A stretch of 64,000 nt of DNA from Adineta vaga (GCA_021613535.1 CP075493.1:18082848-18146847), one strand, 5' to 3'; positions 1-12,967 are shown, numbered from the stretch's first letter. The notes: a model not told the origin generated them from the sequence alone. Made by a program: numbers and translations.

Positions 1-620
1 ATTGAAATAAAAAAGAGAATTATAGAACAAGTAACAACACTGAGATGAAAGTAGATGTAGGTGTGAGCATTTGTCCTTCTGTTACTAACACTCTCACGCT
101 CACCCTCAATGTTGCTTCTTTCTTTCGAATGATGCCGTTAGTTGAAAGCCACGAGCACGTATATGTATTCAGTGATGAGTCATCTACTAGTAAAAATTCA
201 GTGTAGTGATGGTAGTTAATAATAACGCCAGGAAGTAGCCGATCTTCATGATTTTGGAGACCGTGCAATTTATACGCCTTCGCTCAACACTCGTACAATC
301 ACAGTTTTGGTTGTGTTTCTCTATTTGTCGCTGCTTTCAACCGTATGAGGTACTTTCACCTTTAATGACAGACAAAATGAAAACGAACACACCACAACAA
401 GCAATATATTCTAGAAGCAACTTCAGTTGTGATTGATTTCTTGACTCATCCTCAAAATGGAAGACACTTGTGGGACGACTGCATTTTGTCGAAAAGGTTA
501 CATTTCATTACGATAAGTCAGCAGATGAATCAGATACATGTAATCAATTTGTACTTGAATTCGAAAGTTTGGATTCCAGAAGTTATTAATTAGACCTGTC
601 ACTTGTAGTGGCATCCACAA

Positions 621-642
621 CCACACCCACACCCACACCCTC
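621..642 (-). repeat. Interstitial telomeric repeat tract (TGTGGG)3+, G-strand pointing left
   Basis: The plus strand reads ccacacccacacccacaccctc, which is GAGGGTGTGGGTGTGGGTGTGG on the minus strand. TGTGGG and TGAGGG are known bdelloid telomere repeats. Confidence 0.75.
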
Positions 643-1108
643 TGTTTACTTAATTGAAGATAATATAAAGCATATTTCATAAGATAATTGCTAGTACATT
701 CATGATTAGTCGTGCACATATATCGCCAAAATACGTCATTGTCACCATATGGTTTATAATTAAAATGAGCATCTGCTATCAGACTAGCATCAAAGACGAC
801 ATCAGTCATGTTATCACCATCGAAACTGGCAAGATCTCTAATTCCAACGTAATCCACATCAAAATGCATTACACATGTTTTAGCTTGAACATATGATTGA
901 CAGCGTGATGGAATCGCTATTGAATCGTTGGAGGAAATAGCAAAACGACACTTCGTGAGACAACGAATCAGTTTGTTCGAAGTTTGGGTAGTCGATGTGA
1001 TCTTCTGTTGATGATGAAACGAGTCATTTTTTGAAGATATGTGCGGTTTGTTCTCGACCAAAGCAAAACCAGCAAGTATCCATACAAATATCGTTTTACA
1101 CAACATAT
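643..1108 (-). pseudogene. Secreted Cys-rich protein, 3'-truncated by telomeric repeats
   Basis: ORF 498..1145 has a signal-peptide-like N-terminus (MLCKTIFVWILAGFALVEN) and spaced cysteines (CLTKC, SRC, KTC, YMCTTNHEC). It runs into a (TGTGGG)n tract that translates as RVWVWVW. Confidence 0.55.
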
Positions 1109-1279
1109 CAGTATAATAAAGCTTTTGCGACGTTTGATAAATCAAGAGCTCGCTCAGGTATTTTATATGTGATATATGACGTGTATGCGTGAATAATCTG
1201 TAAATATTACAGGTCTTGTATACAGATAAGAGTCTTCATTTATTTTTTTAAGGATGGCTCGAACGCATCAGTGATTGGA

Positions 1280-1535
1280 TACTTAGTACAGGACTTGGTA
1301 CTTTTCGTACTTTTTGCTTAAAAATCTCTAGTACTTAGTACAAATGTGCAGTACAAGTACATATACTTTTTACTTAGCTTGTGTACTTAGTACTGGCACT
1401 TCAGTACATTGTACTGGAGTACAATGTACTTAGTACCGGTACTATAGTACACTGTACTGGAGTACAATGTACTTAGTACCGGTACTACAGTACATTGTAC
1501 TCCAGTACAACGTAGTACATGTGTACTAGGTACTT
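1280..1535. repeat. hAT left subterminal GTAC/AGTAC motif array
   Basis: Dense TACTTAGTAC/AGTACA motifs, including a ~40-bp tandem duplication (~1410 and ~1453). Such arrays are typical transposase-binding subterminal repeats. Confidence 0.8.
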
Positions 1536-2033
1536 AATCAGATGTTGTTAAATTTAATCCTTTTTTCTAGCTGTTCATTTATGATTTCTGCGGGATACAT
1601 ACTTTTAATATGGTCTCGTCCATAGACATTCACTCAACAGCTTGCTAAATAGTGTATTTTTCAGGTAATCTTTTAATGTGGACTACTGAATTTTAAATTT
1701 TATGAATTATTTATCTATGCAACATCAAATCAAATACGGAATAATATTTTGTTGTTGAGTAGCCCGTTTGTTAAATATGTATTAAGTGCGCTTCACTTGG
1801 TAATTAGCTGTATATAAGCTTTCATTGAACATTCGATAATGAACATCAGATGATGTTAGAATGATAAGTAAAAACTTTATTCGTTTCATGAAAAGACAGC
1901 AGCAAACAGTGATTTAATAAAAAGCATAGTAAGTAAAAATAAAGAGCGAAACAAGTGACAAATAAATGGTAAAACAACAGAAACATATGTAAAAAGAACA
2001 ATTGATGCAAATAAAGAATGTGAGGCAATTGTT

Positions 2034-4098
2034 TCAAAGTAAATTCTGATTCACACGGAGAAGAACTAAATCATTAAATAAAGTCTCATTCATGTTCGTT
2101 CTTCTTGATGTTAATATCAATCCGGCATGAGAGAAAACTCTCTCAATGGGCGCTGAACTTGCCTGAACTGAAAAAATTCTTACGATTAAATTTTTAAGAA
2201 TCTTCAGTTGTGAATGAAACCAATAAGTAGAAAAATTTGAACGAACTGGATCGTTCAAAAACGCATCAAGTTCTATAGCAGGATCGAGTGAAGATGGTGC
2301 ATTCGAATTCAGATCAATATTATTATCATAGTTGAATAATTTCCGACGTTTTCTCGGTGGTGTGAAGGTAGAAGAAGAAGCAGAATATACGAATGATGAT
2401 GTTAAACAAGAATCGATATTCATTGGTGCACTAATTGTTGCTGGTAAATCCTTTTTCATTTCATTAATAATCAATTCGATTATGTGCTGTTTTAAACGAT
2501 TTTCTGCTGTAGCAGGCAATTTCAAATCATGGATCCATAAAAATTTAAATGCTGGATCCAAAACAGCACCTATGAAATATATTGGATCACCATAGGCAGA
2601 GTTATCAGCAACATCACCTAAATTCAATCGATTAATAATTCCACCAAAACGTGTTTTAATTGATTGTTCAAGTTGCTGCACCAGTTTAACACATAACGAT
2701 ATATCTTGTCTAACATCACGAAGATGTGAAATCAAATGTACAATAGATGGTACTACTAAACTAATCGTCATTGCTGCTTCTGCTTGACATTTAATTGAGA
2801 TATCATTAAATGGTTGAAGAATATCAACAAGCTCTTCTAAAACAATGAAATCATTATCAGAAAATTTAATTGGATCTTCCATTAAAGATGCAATCGATTC
2901 AAGATCTGTTTTACCAATTGACAAAATGGATTTGACTAATAAAAATTCACTATTCCACCGAGTAATTGTCATTTTGTTGATGTTTTTATTCAATTCTTCA
3001 AGTGTTTCGACAGCTTTTGATGATCTGTGTGAAAATTTGGCAAGCGCTTGACACTTTTTAAGTACTTTTGGTACATAAGAAGAATTTTTCAAACCATCAC
3101 GTATAGATAATTGTAAAGAATGTATAAAACATGATAAACGAATATTCGAAGGATTTTCCACATCATCATAATTGTCAGCAAATGAAACATTCATAAGCTT
3201 CAAGTCATCAATATTTATATCATCTACATTGAAATGATTTACATTATTTCTATTTTGTATTCATTTAAGTAGAAAAAAAATGCTTACGATCGTTGTCATC
3301 GAATGCAGTATTACTATTTGAATTTGGTTTAGGTTCATCGTTATAATCATCATAAATTTCATCATCAACGGACAGGCCAAATTTGTATGCTTTTATCATT
3401 GATGAAGCATTGTCCGTGACTATCTTATACACCTTGTCTTTGAGATTATAACGATCGAGAATAAATTCGGTAGTTCGTTGAATATTTTCACCAGTATGTG
3501 TTCCTTTTAATCGTACAAAATCGATTAAAACTGTTTGTGGTTCACACTTGTAATTAATAAAATGACAGGTCACGCCAATAAATGATCTGCTTCGTCTGTC
3601 AGACCATGCATCAACAGTTAATGTAACAAATTTTGCACCATTTAATGTTTCATAAAGAATTTTTTTCATCCTATTCGCCAAAAATGTAATTCCATCATGT
3701 TTCAATTTTCTCGACGATATGGGGTCCCATTTGACAGTACATTCTTTCATGAATAGACGAAAAGCAGCATTCTCTACTAAACTCAATGGTAAATTACATT
3801 TGATAATTAGATTTTTTGCAATAGACATATTAATACGATCTTGTTTAGTACTACTTGATGATAATTCTAATTTTGATTGACTATCACCAGCATTACCATC
3901 TTCTGATGCATCTTCAACGCGACAACCAAATAATGTTTCATATTCAGATGAATGTTTTCGTTTTAAATGCTTTACGAAATTGCTGACAATTCCAGTTTTA
4001 TCCTTGTAATTGCGATTGCACGGTTTACAATAACCATTCACTCTATTGTTGTCAATAATTGAAAAATCAAAATACTTCTTCAATTGTTCAGCAGCCAT
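2034..4098 (-). CDS. hAT transposase with BED zinc finger, 2 exons (4098-3288, 3223-2034), ~666 aa
   Basis: A 64-bp GTAAG...TAG intron (3287-3224) joins the two ORFs in frame. Motifs: BED finger CKPC...HLKRKH, catalytic DAW, VTDNASSM, CFIHSLQL, TRWNS, LDP, and C-terminal ASSAPIERVFS. Confidence 0.95.
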
Positions 4099-4463
4099 GC
4101 TTATTGACGAAGACTTGTATAGAATTTATATTCAGATGTAAGATGTTGTTTCACGGTGACTAATAACATATAGTCAGTTTTACGACCATGTACAAACAAG
4201 AGATTGGTGCACCCATTGTTCATACGCACCAATACACTTCCTTTTACTTTGCTATTTTATTTCTTTTCTGTCCTTCAGATAACACTATTCATTAATTATA
4301 TACCTCCATTGAAACTATATTGATTTTATGTCAATTAATACATGATATTGTAATATAAATATCTCTTTTTATTTTTTCATTCCTCTAGATGTCATTATAT
4401 CATGGCAACGGGAAATAATAACTTAGAAAATAATAATAAATACAAAACATGAAATTATAACGA

Positions 4464-4677
4464 AGTACTAAGTACATTGTACTGAGTACAATGTACTTAC
4501 TTTTTACTGTAGTACATTCTACTTAGTACATGTACCATAGTACATTGTACTAAAGTACATCGTACTCAGTACGGGTATTGAGTACAACGTACTACAGTAC
4601 AATGTACTGAGTCCAAGTCCATAGTACAATTACTTAAGTAACAATTATTTGTACTAGTACTTGTCGTACTTGTACTC
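4464..4677. repeat. hAT right subterminal GTAC/AGTAC motif array
   Basis: The same AGTAC/GTACT motifs are clustered just inside the right TIR. Confidence 0.8.
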
Positions 4678-5599
4678 GTCCAATCACTGGAACGCATGCA
4701 AAAAGATGAAAAAACATATCGTAATTACATACAAAACAAGAAACTTGTTTTTCGATATTGTGTCTTCTTGTTGGGTAATAATCTTACGGAGAAGATTATT
4801 TGTTCATCTCATCCCTCCTCAAGATATTCTTGATATAGAATCAATGGTATCAACATGGTATGAATATGGTGCTCGCGCTAGTTTAGTAGGTATTAAAAAG
4901 TGTTGCCCATCAATTGGCAAATATCCAACAATTAGAACAATTGCGTATGGAAGAATTGCTGAATTAGTTAAGTAGATCGTAATACACGTGGATCAATAAA
5001 CATTGGTTTTGATAGTTGATCCGATTCAAGTAAAACTATTCGATGTTCATTTTCGTATTTACATTTCACTTTGTATTGAAGAATTTCAGGTACAAAGAAT
5101 ATACAGGATTGGCAATAATATAATTTCAGGAGGGTAACGATACTATTTCAGGTACCCGTCCAGATGAAAGCCCGTCAAAAACAGAATTTATTAATATAAA
5201 ACAGAGTGTGTCAATAATAGTTTTTAGTGTCGAGCTCACACTAGTTCTGGAAACTTTACACTTTTTCGAGTAAAAAAACCATATAGTGATAATATCAACT
5301 TAAAACAACCAAGTTGTTCTTGCAGGTGTGAGGACAAGGATGGGTGTGAGTAGAATTACCACAAAACGTAGGTTTTTCACTATTATTGATATAGATTATC
5401 AAGTGGCAAGGTGTTCGTATAGAAGACTCACAAAGAATCAATACAGAATACAAGGGTTAAATTCAAGTATAGGAAAAATTGTTTTTAGTGCTGGTTTTGC
5501 TGGTTAGACCAACGATTTCTGTATAGAATGTTTGTGTGAAATATGTTAGGGTGAGTTAGATTGGTTAGTTTATTTGTTCAAGTTAGGTACCCGTCAATA

Positions 5600-6128
5600 C
5601 ATTGGGAGAGAGTTATAACTGTGGAAAATTTTACGAAAAATGTACTGGTGGCTCGCTTGTTGAATGATGAACGTCATGGTTTCCCTTTGTTCTAGCATAT
5701 GTAAATCTTGCTCATGGCGTTCTTGTTGTTATTCTCGTCGTAGTTGTTAGATGCGATCGATTTGTTGTAATTGCTCGTGGTCATCTCGGTGTTTTTGAAG
5801 TTCTTCTAGGTTATCCTCCAATGTAGTCTCATACTGTTGTAGTTGTGATTGAACATGATTGTTGAGATCTATCTCGTGCTCTTGTAAGATTTGTAGAACA
5901 TTTTCAATCTGTTGTTCTTGTTCTAAGTCGTCTTGTGTGGGTAGTAATTGTTCAAGGGCGGCGAAACCTTCTATTTCTGCGATTTGCTGATGATCCCATT
6001 CGTCTCCTTTGATGAAACGTCGCGGTGGATGCGGTTGATATGTGGCAAACACAGTACAATTCTGCGATGGCGTTTGTCTGGATCCAGGGAATAGTAGAGG
6101 AAACAGTGGTCGATATGTTGTAATCGCA
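5600..6128 (-). pseudogene. Q/E-rich coiled-coil ORF relic, possibly Athena/Terminon-associated, 5'-truncated at telomeric repeats
   Basis: The ORF reads LEQEQQIENVLQILQEHE...LEELQKHRDDHEQLQQIDRI* and continues past in-frame stops (QLRRE*QQERHEQDL). Its 5' side ends exactly at a telomeric tract. The family assignment is inference. Confidence 0.45.
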
Positions 6129-6159
6129 GTGGGTGAGGGTGTGAGGGTGGGTGAGGGTG
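6129..6159 (+). repeat. Interstitial telomeric tract, mixed TGAGGG/TGGG, G-strand pointing right
   Basis: gtgggtgagggtgtgagggtgggtgagggtg lies at the junction of two unrelated truncated sequences. Confidence 0.8.
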
Positions 6160-7049
6160 CTCTCGCAAGAAAGCAGAAACATTGTTGCTTCAGCAAGTGG
6201 TGTTAGAAACAGCGGCTCTCAAAAAGTGGTACGAGAAATTTTAGAGAAAACAGGACAGAAAGTGAGTTATTCTACGGTTCGTCGTGAACGCCAGCGACAA
6301 GGATTAAAACCATTCCATGTTATTTCAAAGCCACTGAAAACAGTCACACATGTTGAGGATCGAAAATGGCTTGCAAATTTCGTTGCTGACTGGACCGAGG
6401 AAGATTTCCTACATATGGCGCCGTCGGATGAATTTATATCTACGTGATAAGAAAACCAAACCATCAAAACGACAGAATTTGGGCAAAATCTGTTGAAGAC
6501 ATCACCGATGATGAAAGGTACCGTGAAATGGTTCGGAACGCAAAATGCATTGGAATTTTTGTTATGTTCACTGCAAAGAAACTTCTTTGGGTTCTGAAAG
6601 GGGATGGTCAATCATGGAATGGCGCCTATTTTCGTGACTTTATTCTGGAGAAACATGTGATTCCATTTCTGCATAACCTAGTCAATGTTGTTGATACAGA
6701 TGAAGTCATATTTCTTCACGATAAGGCACGCTGTATGAAAGCTAATGCAGCACAACATTTTCTGGAAGATGAAGGAGTGCATTTCTGGAGCAATTCGATT
6801 TGGCCTGGCAATAGTCCTGACACGAATCCTGCAGAGAACATCGGTGCAACTATCAAAGATAGAGTTGAAGAGCTGATGGCAAGTGAAGATCCTCAAGATA
6901 GATACAATTATGACGCTCTCAAAACTAACCTTGAGAGTGTCGTTGAGGAGCTAGAAAACGACACGGATCTTTTTGTTGATTTGCTGTGTTCCATGAGGAA
7001 AAGATTTGACGCTCTCGCAGCTGTCAGAGGAGGTCATACCAATTTCTAA
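6157..7049 (+). pseudogene. DD37E transposase, N-terminally truncated, 1-nt frameshift near 6435
   Basis: HTH remnant VSYSTVRR; D1 in PSDEF; D2 in FLHDKA; E in SPDTNPAENI, with 37 residues between D2 and E. Restoring one T gives EFYIYVIRKPN. Confidence 0.88.
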
Positions 7050-7345
7050 AGTTATAAAATTTACTGTTAAGCAGTTTATATCCTCAATAAATGAGAAACT
7101 TCATGATATATTCGAATAGGTGAATGGAATGATGGTTCTTGCACACATTCTAAATTAGAGGATATATGGCACTCTGGTATATATGGCATAAGCTCTTTTG
7201 ATTATGTAATAGACAACACCTGATTCGATAGTACAGGTTGATGTAGGAGTTTACAGGCTACGATTTGGTATAAACTTGTTGATGAAATCATTTGATCTAT
7301 AGGTAGAACCAGGGGGGGGGGGCGTAAAGGTTTTGAACCACCCTG
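6157..7345 (+). mobile_element. 5'-truncated Tc1/mariner (ITm) element, DD37E type
   Basis: The right end reads ...TTTGAACCACCCTG followed by TA (7346-7347), a Tc1-like CAGGGTGG terminus. No matching left TIR was found. Contains a transposase. Confidence 0.85.
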
Positions 7346-7567
7346 TATATGTGCATTATCTTCATTGTGTCGATATATTTTAGCATTCGTCAATAAAGAC
7401 CTCGCATGACTTGATAAATAATGCCAAACGATCAAGAAGTCATGCACGCATATAGCGAGCACGTACGTTTATAATTTCTCAATTTACCATCGATCAACAC
7501 AGGACTAACTATCATTTAACTATCCTGCATCTTTTTTCAATACGTTTTCTTATACAAGTCGAACCAA

Positions 7568-8618
7568 ATGAATACAACTGTATCGAATCCATTAAGTTAT
7601 CTTTTTCATGTTGAACAACTGATCAGTCGATATTTACTTATCATGATTGTTGTCATCGGAACTTTTAGTAATTTGGCAACAATAATAATATTTCGACAAA
7701 AACATCTACGCTCGACTAGCTGTTCATGGTATTTTATGAGTATGGCTCTCTGCCATTTATTGTATATTGATCTTGGATGTTTATCAAGAGCAATTGCAGC
7801 ATGGGCAGGATTTCATCCAAGTCTTGTTTCATCTGCACTCTGTAAACTATGGTCCTATTTAACAGGTTACCTACTTATTCTTTCGCGTCATTTTTTATGT
7901 TTGATTGCAATCGATCGATGGATGGTGACATCAAGAAATATAAAACTTCGAAGATGCAGTTCCCGAAAAATCGCTCAATGGTTAATTATCATTGGTTCAA
8001 TATTTTGGGCGCTGTTTAATATTCATTTGCTTATTAAGTTTCGTATTGAAATTGGTGACGGTTGTTCAGCATCTGACGACTCTTCGTATTTACTCTTCTA
8101 TATCATCCTTAACTTATGTATTACATTTGTGCCTCTAACTATTATCATCGTATTTAGCTGTCTACTTATGGTTAATATTCAGACAATCGGTCGAGCTCAA
8201 GCACTTTCACAGACAGACACAAGCTGCAGCGTACCACAAAACTCTATACAAAACTCACATCATCGAATAAACGTTCAATTTATTCGATTATCTCTCATTC
8301 AGATAGGCATGTACATTATTTGCAATCTATTGCATGTTCATAATGTAATATATGCATATGTATCACTTCATACTAATACAAGCGTCGAACGAAAAACGAT
8401 CACTATATTTCTTAATATTATGGGCGTCAACCTCAATTATCTCTACACATCAGTACGAAATTTTATTTTATTTCATTTTTTCTGATCTAGCTCTATGTTT
8501 GCTTATTTAGATAACTCTTTTCATCTTCACATGCGCATCAAGAACATTTCGGAAAGAACTTCAATTGGGCTGGCAATATTTGAGTCAACATTTCTTCGCT
8601 CTTTTTTCTCGCATGTAA
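7568..8618 (+). CDS. Class A (rhodopsin-like) GPCR, 2 exons (7568-8452, 8511-8618), ~330 aa
   Basis: Seven hydrophobic segments; TM1 GTFSN; TM3 C...IAIDRW (DRY-like). A 58-bp GT-AG intron restores TM7 and helix 8 (ITLFIFTCASRTFRKEL). Confidence 0.9.
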
Positions 8619-8864
8619 AATTGATTTATACAAGTGTATGAATTTTCAATCGCGAGATAATCTACTATAAACAGTGAATAAGAGACTTATTTCTAAGAAC
8701 TATTGGTATCAAGTATTTCTTCGTTCAAATGGGCATGTCTTTTTAGGGGATGTCAACTAAATAACTGGTGCTAATAAATACTGAGGATGAGTCAAGAAAA
8801 CTACGATGCGTTTTAGATATGTCCAATGTTTCTAGGGTTCGTTTGATTTGATGAGATCTATTAA

Positions 8865-9400
8865 CCCTTTCGAGTCGATTCAATTTTTCGACGAAATAGC
8901 TTTAGCAAATTCATTTTGATGTACATTTATCTTTCGATAAATGCACTTGTTGATCTTTCCAGTGTAGGTAACCTTTCTTTTTTCTTTTTCTTATTGTATC
9001 ATTGTGTAGCCGATCTTCTTCCATGTAGAATGAATAATTATTCACGTTTGCTTTCTTTTTCTTCTATCTATTACACAGCAAGAACGAGATAACGAAACGA
9101 AATTTCCATTTTCTTTTTTCTGCTGCATTCTTTTCGAAGCAATATCTTGTATTCTTTCCTTTCATTTGTATCTAAACAACTGAAGTCTTGATTCAATTTA
9201 CATGTCGTCTAAAGAAACCGATACAGAAGACAGCAGGAGCACAGCGAGTGATGTTAGTTCTTTGGATGATGATCTTGCTAGAATGCAAGTTGAAACATCA
9301 ACCCCTCCGAGGAAGAAGTTACTGATGATGACCGAGATTTACAAGTTTGGAATGATAATAGCGATAGGAGAGTACGATTAATATTTAATAAATAAATATT
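8865..9400 (+). mobile_element. Possible piggyBac 5' stub
   Basis: TTAA followed by CCCTTTCGAG at 8861-8874, and a short acidic/Ser-rich ORF from 9202 (MSSKETDTEDSRSTASDVSSLDDD). No right TIR or DDD core is seen. Confidence 0.35.
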
Positions 9401-9949
9401 TTACCTATATTGTATATAAAACTGATAATCCTATTGTAAACATTTGGTTTTCGATGTATATTGAATACAGTTGTTTCTTTCTATTCTTTTTAGAAGGGAA
9501 TTAAATAAAAGAAAATCTCTCAAATTCACTACATGCTGATTTTTCATCAATTAAGAACGAACAACATATTGCCCTCTGTCAGAAATTTTCTTATTTGATG
9601 AAATTCTTGTTATTGGTCAAATAGTTATGAGCATCTTCTATTTATCTTTTTCTTTTTATTGCGAAAAAACTCGTATTCAATCATCTTTTATGAGAAAAAA
9701 AACTATCTTATTAAATATAGTTCTCCTTTATTTCTTTTTTTTCAAGAAAAGAATCTAAAAAATTTCAATCAAACTAATTTTTTGTCTGTATAAATCGACT
9801 TATAGAAATTTTTTTAACTGCTAAATAGTAATCGTTAACGTTGATCAAAATTCTTTAGTACGTTTATTGAAAGGATAATTTTTTCTCATCCTTTTAGTTT
9901 TAGTTATAATAAAGAAAGGTTGATTGCCTTCTTAATCCAAGTTGATTTC

Positions 9950-11350
9950 TTTGATATATTTCAAAAATTTTGACAATGAGAATATATCTGATTATTCAAA
10001 AAATCCTTCATTATATCAAATAAAATTCATTAGTTTTGCTTCCCAATATAAACAATCAATTATGGAAAATAAACTAAATAGAATTGTATAAATCTAACAT
10101 AATTTCCATATTGATTTGATGAGCATTAAAAATAATAATTTTGTTATCACACTAACACTAGAATCGGTTAATCGATATGTATTTATTAAACGAGATGAAC
10201 TTTGAAAATGAATTGTTACAAATAATGTTAAAATATGTAATATTGAATTAATTGTTTAAGAGAAAAACGAATCAATTCAAAACAAGGTAAGTCTTTCTCT
10301 TACAAGAACACAAATTGGTTCAATATAGTTCTTTTTATTTGTATGATTACCACGGAGTAGTGTACAAAACATAATGAATCAGCTTGACTTAATAATGAAA
10401 AATAACATGTTACTATTGCTTGAAATGCTATGATTCATTTTTAATTAGTTTTCTTTTTAAAAATCAAAATAATTTATTGATAGCTATTTTTGATGAAAAA
10501 AATATTGGCAAATGTGTTGATGAAGGAATAGAACGATAAAAAATAAAATAAAAATCGAAAAATGAAGAGAAAATGAATATTTTTCTTTATGCATTTTTAA
10601 CAAATTCATGATGATGAATAAGAAGTGCAACTTATCGCTAATAATTTGTAATAACATATAGGGATTATAATATGAAACCAACTTGAACGAACAGACCATA
10701 TATCAAAACGATCGAAATCAGCAAATAAAGCGTCACAACTCTGGACAAATAAAAAACGACACCTAAAAATTTCAAGAAATTTCAAGAAAACAAAAAAAGA
10801 ATTATGTTCAAATCGATATGATAAAATCCTTGTTTTTCTCTTTGTAATAACAGTTATTGGTACAACTCAACATGAAGATTTCTTCTTTTGTAGATTTACA
10901 AAAAGAAATTTATCGTCTGAAAATTGATTTCTTTTTACTAATTCATAGAGATGGAGCTAACATTGAAACAATACTAACAAATGAATTGATTCGATTGGGT
11001 GATTGAGTACTCAGTTTCAAGTGAAAGAAGCACATAATGCACATGTTCCACCTAAAGAAAAAAATCGGAGAGAAGAAAAGATAAAACAAAAGATGAAAAC
11101 CTTTTCCTTTTATTGAAACAATAAATATGAAACTCCATATAACTAAGTTAACAGCAGCGATACATTGAAATTCGTTTGCAAGATCTTTTTCATTATCAAA
11201 TATTGTTTCAAGAACATATAATGAATTTGTTCCCACTAAAGATTTGAAGAAGAAAAAATCTTATTAAAGAAAATCTTATATATGACCAAGAATAATTCCT
11301 GATGAAGGAAATGTTAATTTTAGTAGCATAACTAAAGATAAGGATAATTT
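9950..11350 (-). pseudogene. Decayed KUP/HAK/KT potassium transporter gene with introns
   Basis: Collinear degenerate KUP motifs on the minus strand: LLKLTFPSSGIILGHI/GTNSLYV (cf. GVIYGDIGTSPLY), NLVIWSFIFIVSIK, VVPITVI, DALFADFDRF...VRSSWF (cf. EALFADLGHF), IIAFQAIVTCYFSLLSQA (cf. IIASQAIISGAFSL..QA), LINTY (cf. LANAYG). Stops and frameshifts are present. The C-terminal boundary is uncertain. Confidence 0.8.
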
Positions 11351-12967
11351 TTTTAAAGATTTTACTTCATTCTTTTGATTATTTTTATTTTTTATTGAGT
11401 TTTTGGAATTGTTGATTTAAGATTATCCATTCGATCCTTCTTTTTCTCATCAATTTCATAAAACAATTATTCTATATACTGGTCAAATAGGAAATAATAA
11501 ACACATTTTCAATTATCGAATAGAATTTTTTCCACGCTCAATAAAATAAAAAAGAAGATTTCGTATCGTTTTTATGAATTTAAATAAAGAAAATTTCTCT
11601 TTATAAAAATAAAGTTTATCGTTTGTTAGATTTAATGTTGTTTTATTGTCATAAAAAGATATTCCACTGATTTGTTTAAAGTTTTGACCAATATCGATAA
11701 TACAGCTTTTTTAAGTGAAACAAATGATCATCGATGAATGTTTTGTGGATTTCCCACCGAATGAGCTTTTATGTAATCAAAAATGACTTGATTCGTCATG
11801 TTTCATGAATATTATTTAATATTTTCGTACTAGTCGAATATGTGAATTGTTTTTCTACCTTCTACAATATGATCTCTATCTTTTATTGTAGTAGATAAAA
11901 CATGAAAACGAAAAACATATTTCATATATCTTGGTAATAATATGACATAAATCATATTCGATAACTCAGATTAAGATTATGTTAACTTATTTTGATTTCG
12001 AAAAAAATAAAGAAATTAAAAATTCAATCCTTCCTAACTTTTTTAGCAAAAGCAAATAAATTGTCTTTTTCCTCAAGAAATTTTTGATTAATGACGGAAA
12101 ACAAAATGAAGAAGTATTTCTTTCAAATTCTATTTTATAAACTTATCATTTTGTTCCATCAACAACAACTAACGTTTACGGAAGGTTTTCTTTATTAGAT
12201 TTTCTTCTATTCAGGCGCATTCATTCCTATTTGAGTTGGATATCGTATTGAATTCTTATACAATGAAAATATTTTATTTCCTTTGCGCCTTCGTAGAAAA
12301 AGATTCAAAGTAAAATAAAAGGTAAATGTCAAATGAAAATCCTTTAATTATTACGATTTCATTCATGAAAATTGCTTAATATTCAAAATATTAATATTCA
12401 TTTAAAAGTTTTCTATAAAAAGATAACATTTCAATTTCAAGTCTGTTGTGTATGTGTTCATTGAAACGCTAGTTGAATTTAGTTATTTTCAATAAGCATT
12501 GAGATTACACTAAGTATCTTGTTTATTATTTAGTTCTATAGATCATTTACGTTTTCGAAATGCGAAGAATGTTTTTGAACATTTGTAAATGATTGTTTCA
12601 ATCAATGATGAAAATTTATTTGCCGTAATTTGTAATCTATTGTTGATTGAAAATTTTGATACTGATGACAGCGATATTTAAACAATAAATTCTGTTTTGC
12701 AAAATGATATCATAAAGCTTTAATCTTTGAATGAATCTATATTAAAAATTTTAAGTTAATGTTCGATTAAAAATTATTGAAAGTGAATTCTCTAATGCAT
12801 CTTCAACGATATAATTTATTGTTGTGTAAATATAACAAGAAAAATCGAAAAAGATAGGCTATCGATTAGAACCATCAAACAAAAAAACATAATAATAAAA
12901 TTAGGCAAGAATGAATACGTTGTCAATTGTAACATTACTTGTTTCCAATTGGAGTTCTTGAATAAGA

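Larger units (their letters stand above)
1269..4689 (-). mobile_element. Intact hAT DNA transposon
   Basis: 11-bp TIRs (CAGTGATTGGA at 1269, TCCAATCACTG ending at 4689), a perfect 8-bp TSD GAACGCAT (1261-1268 and 4690-4697), and an internal transposase. Confidence 0.96.

Noticed and set aside
4661-4975. 104-aa plus-strand ORF
   Set aside because: It starts inside the hAT end at a non-ATG codon and has no recognisable motifs.
5085-5185. Repeated TTTCAGG and CAGATGAAAG as a possible second ribozyme or element end
   Set aside because: No CUGANGA/GAAA core with pairing stems on either strand, and no matching partner terminus was found.
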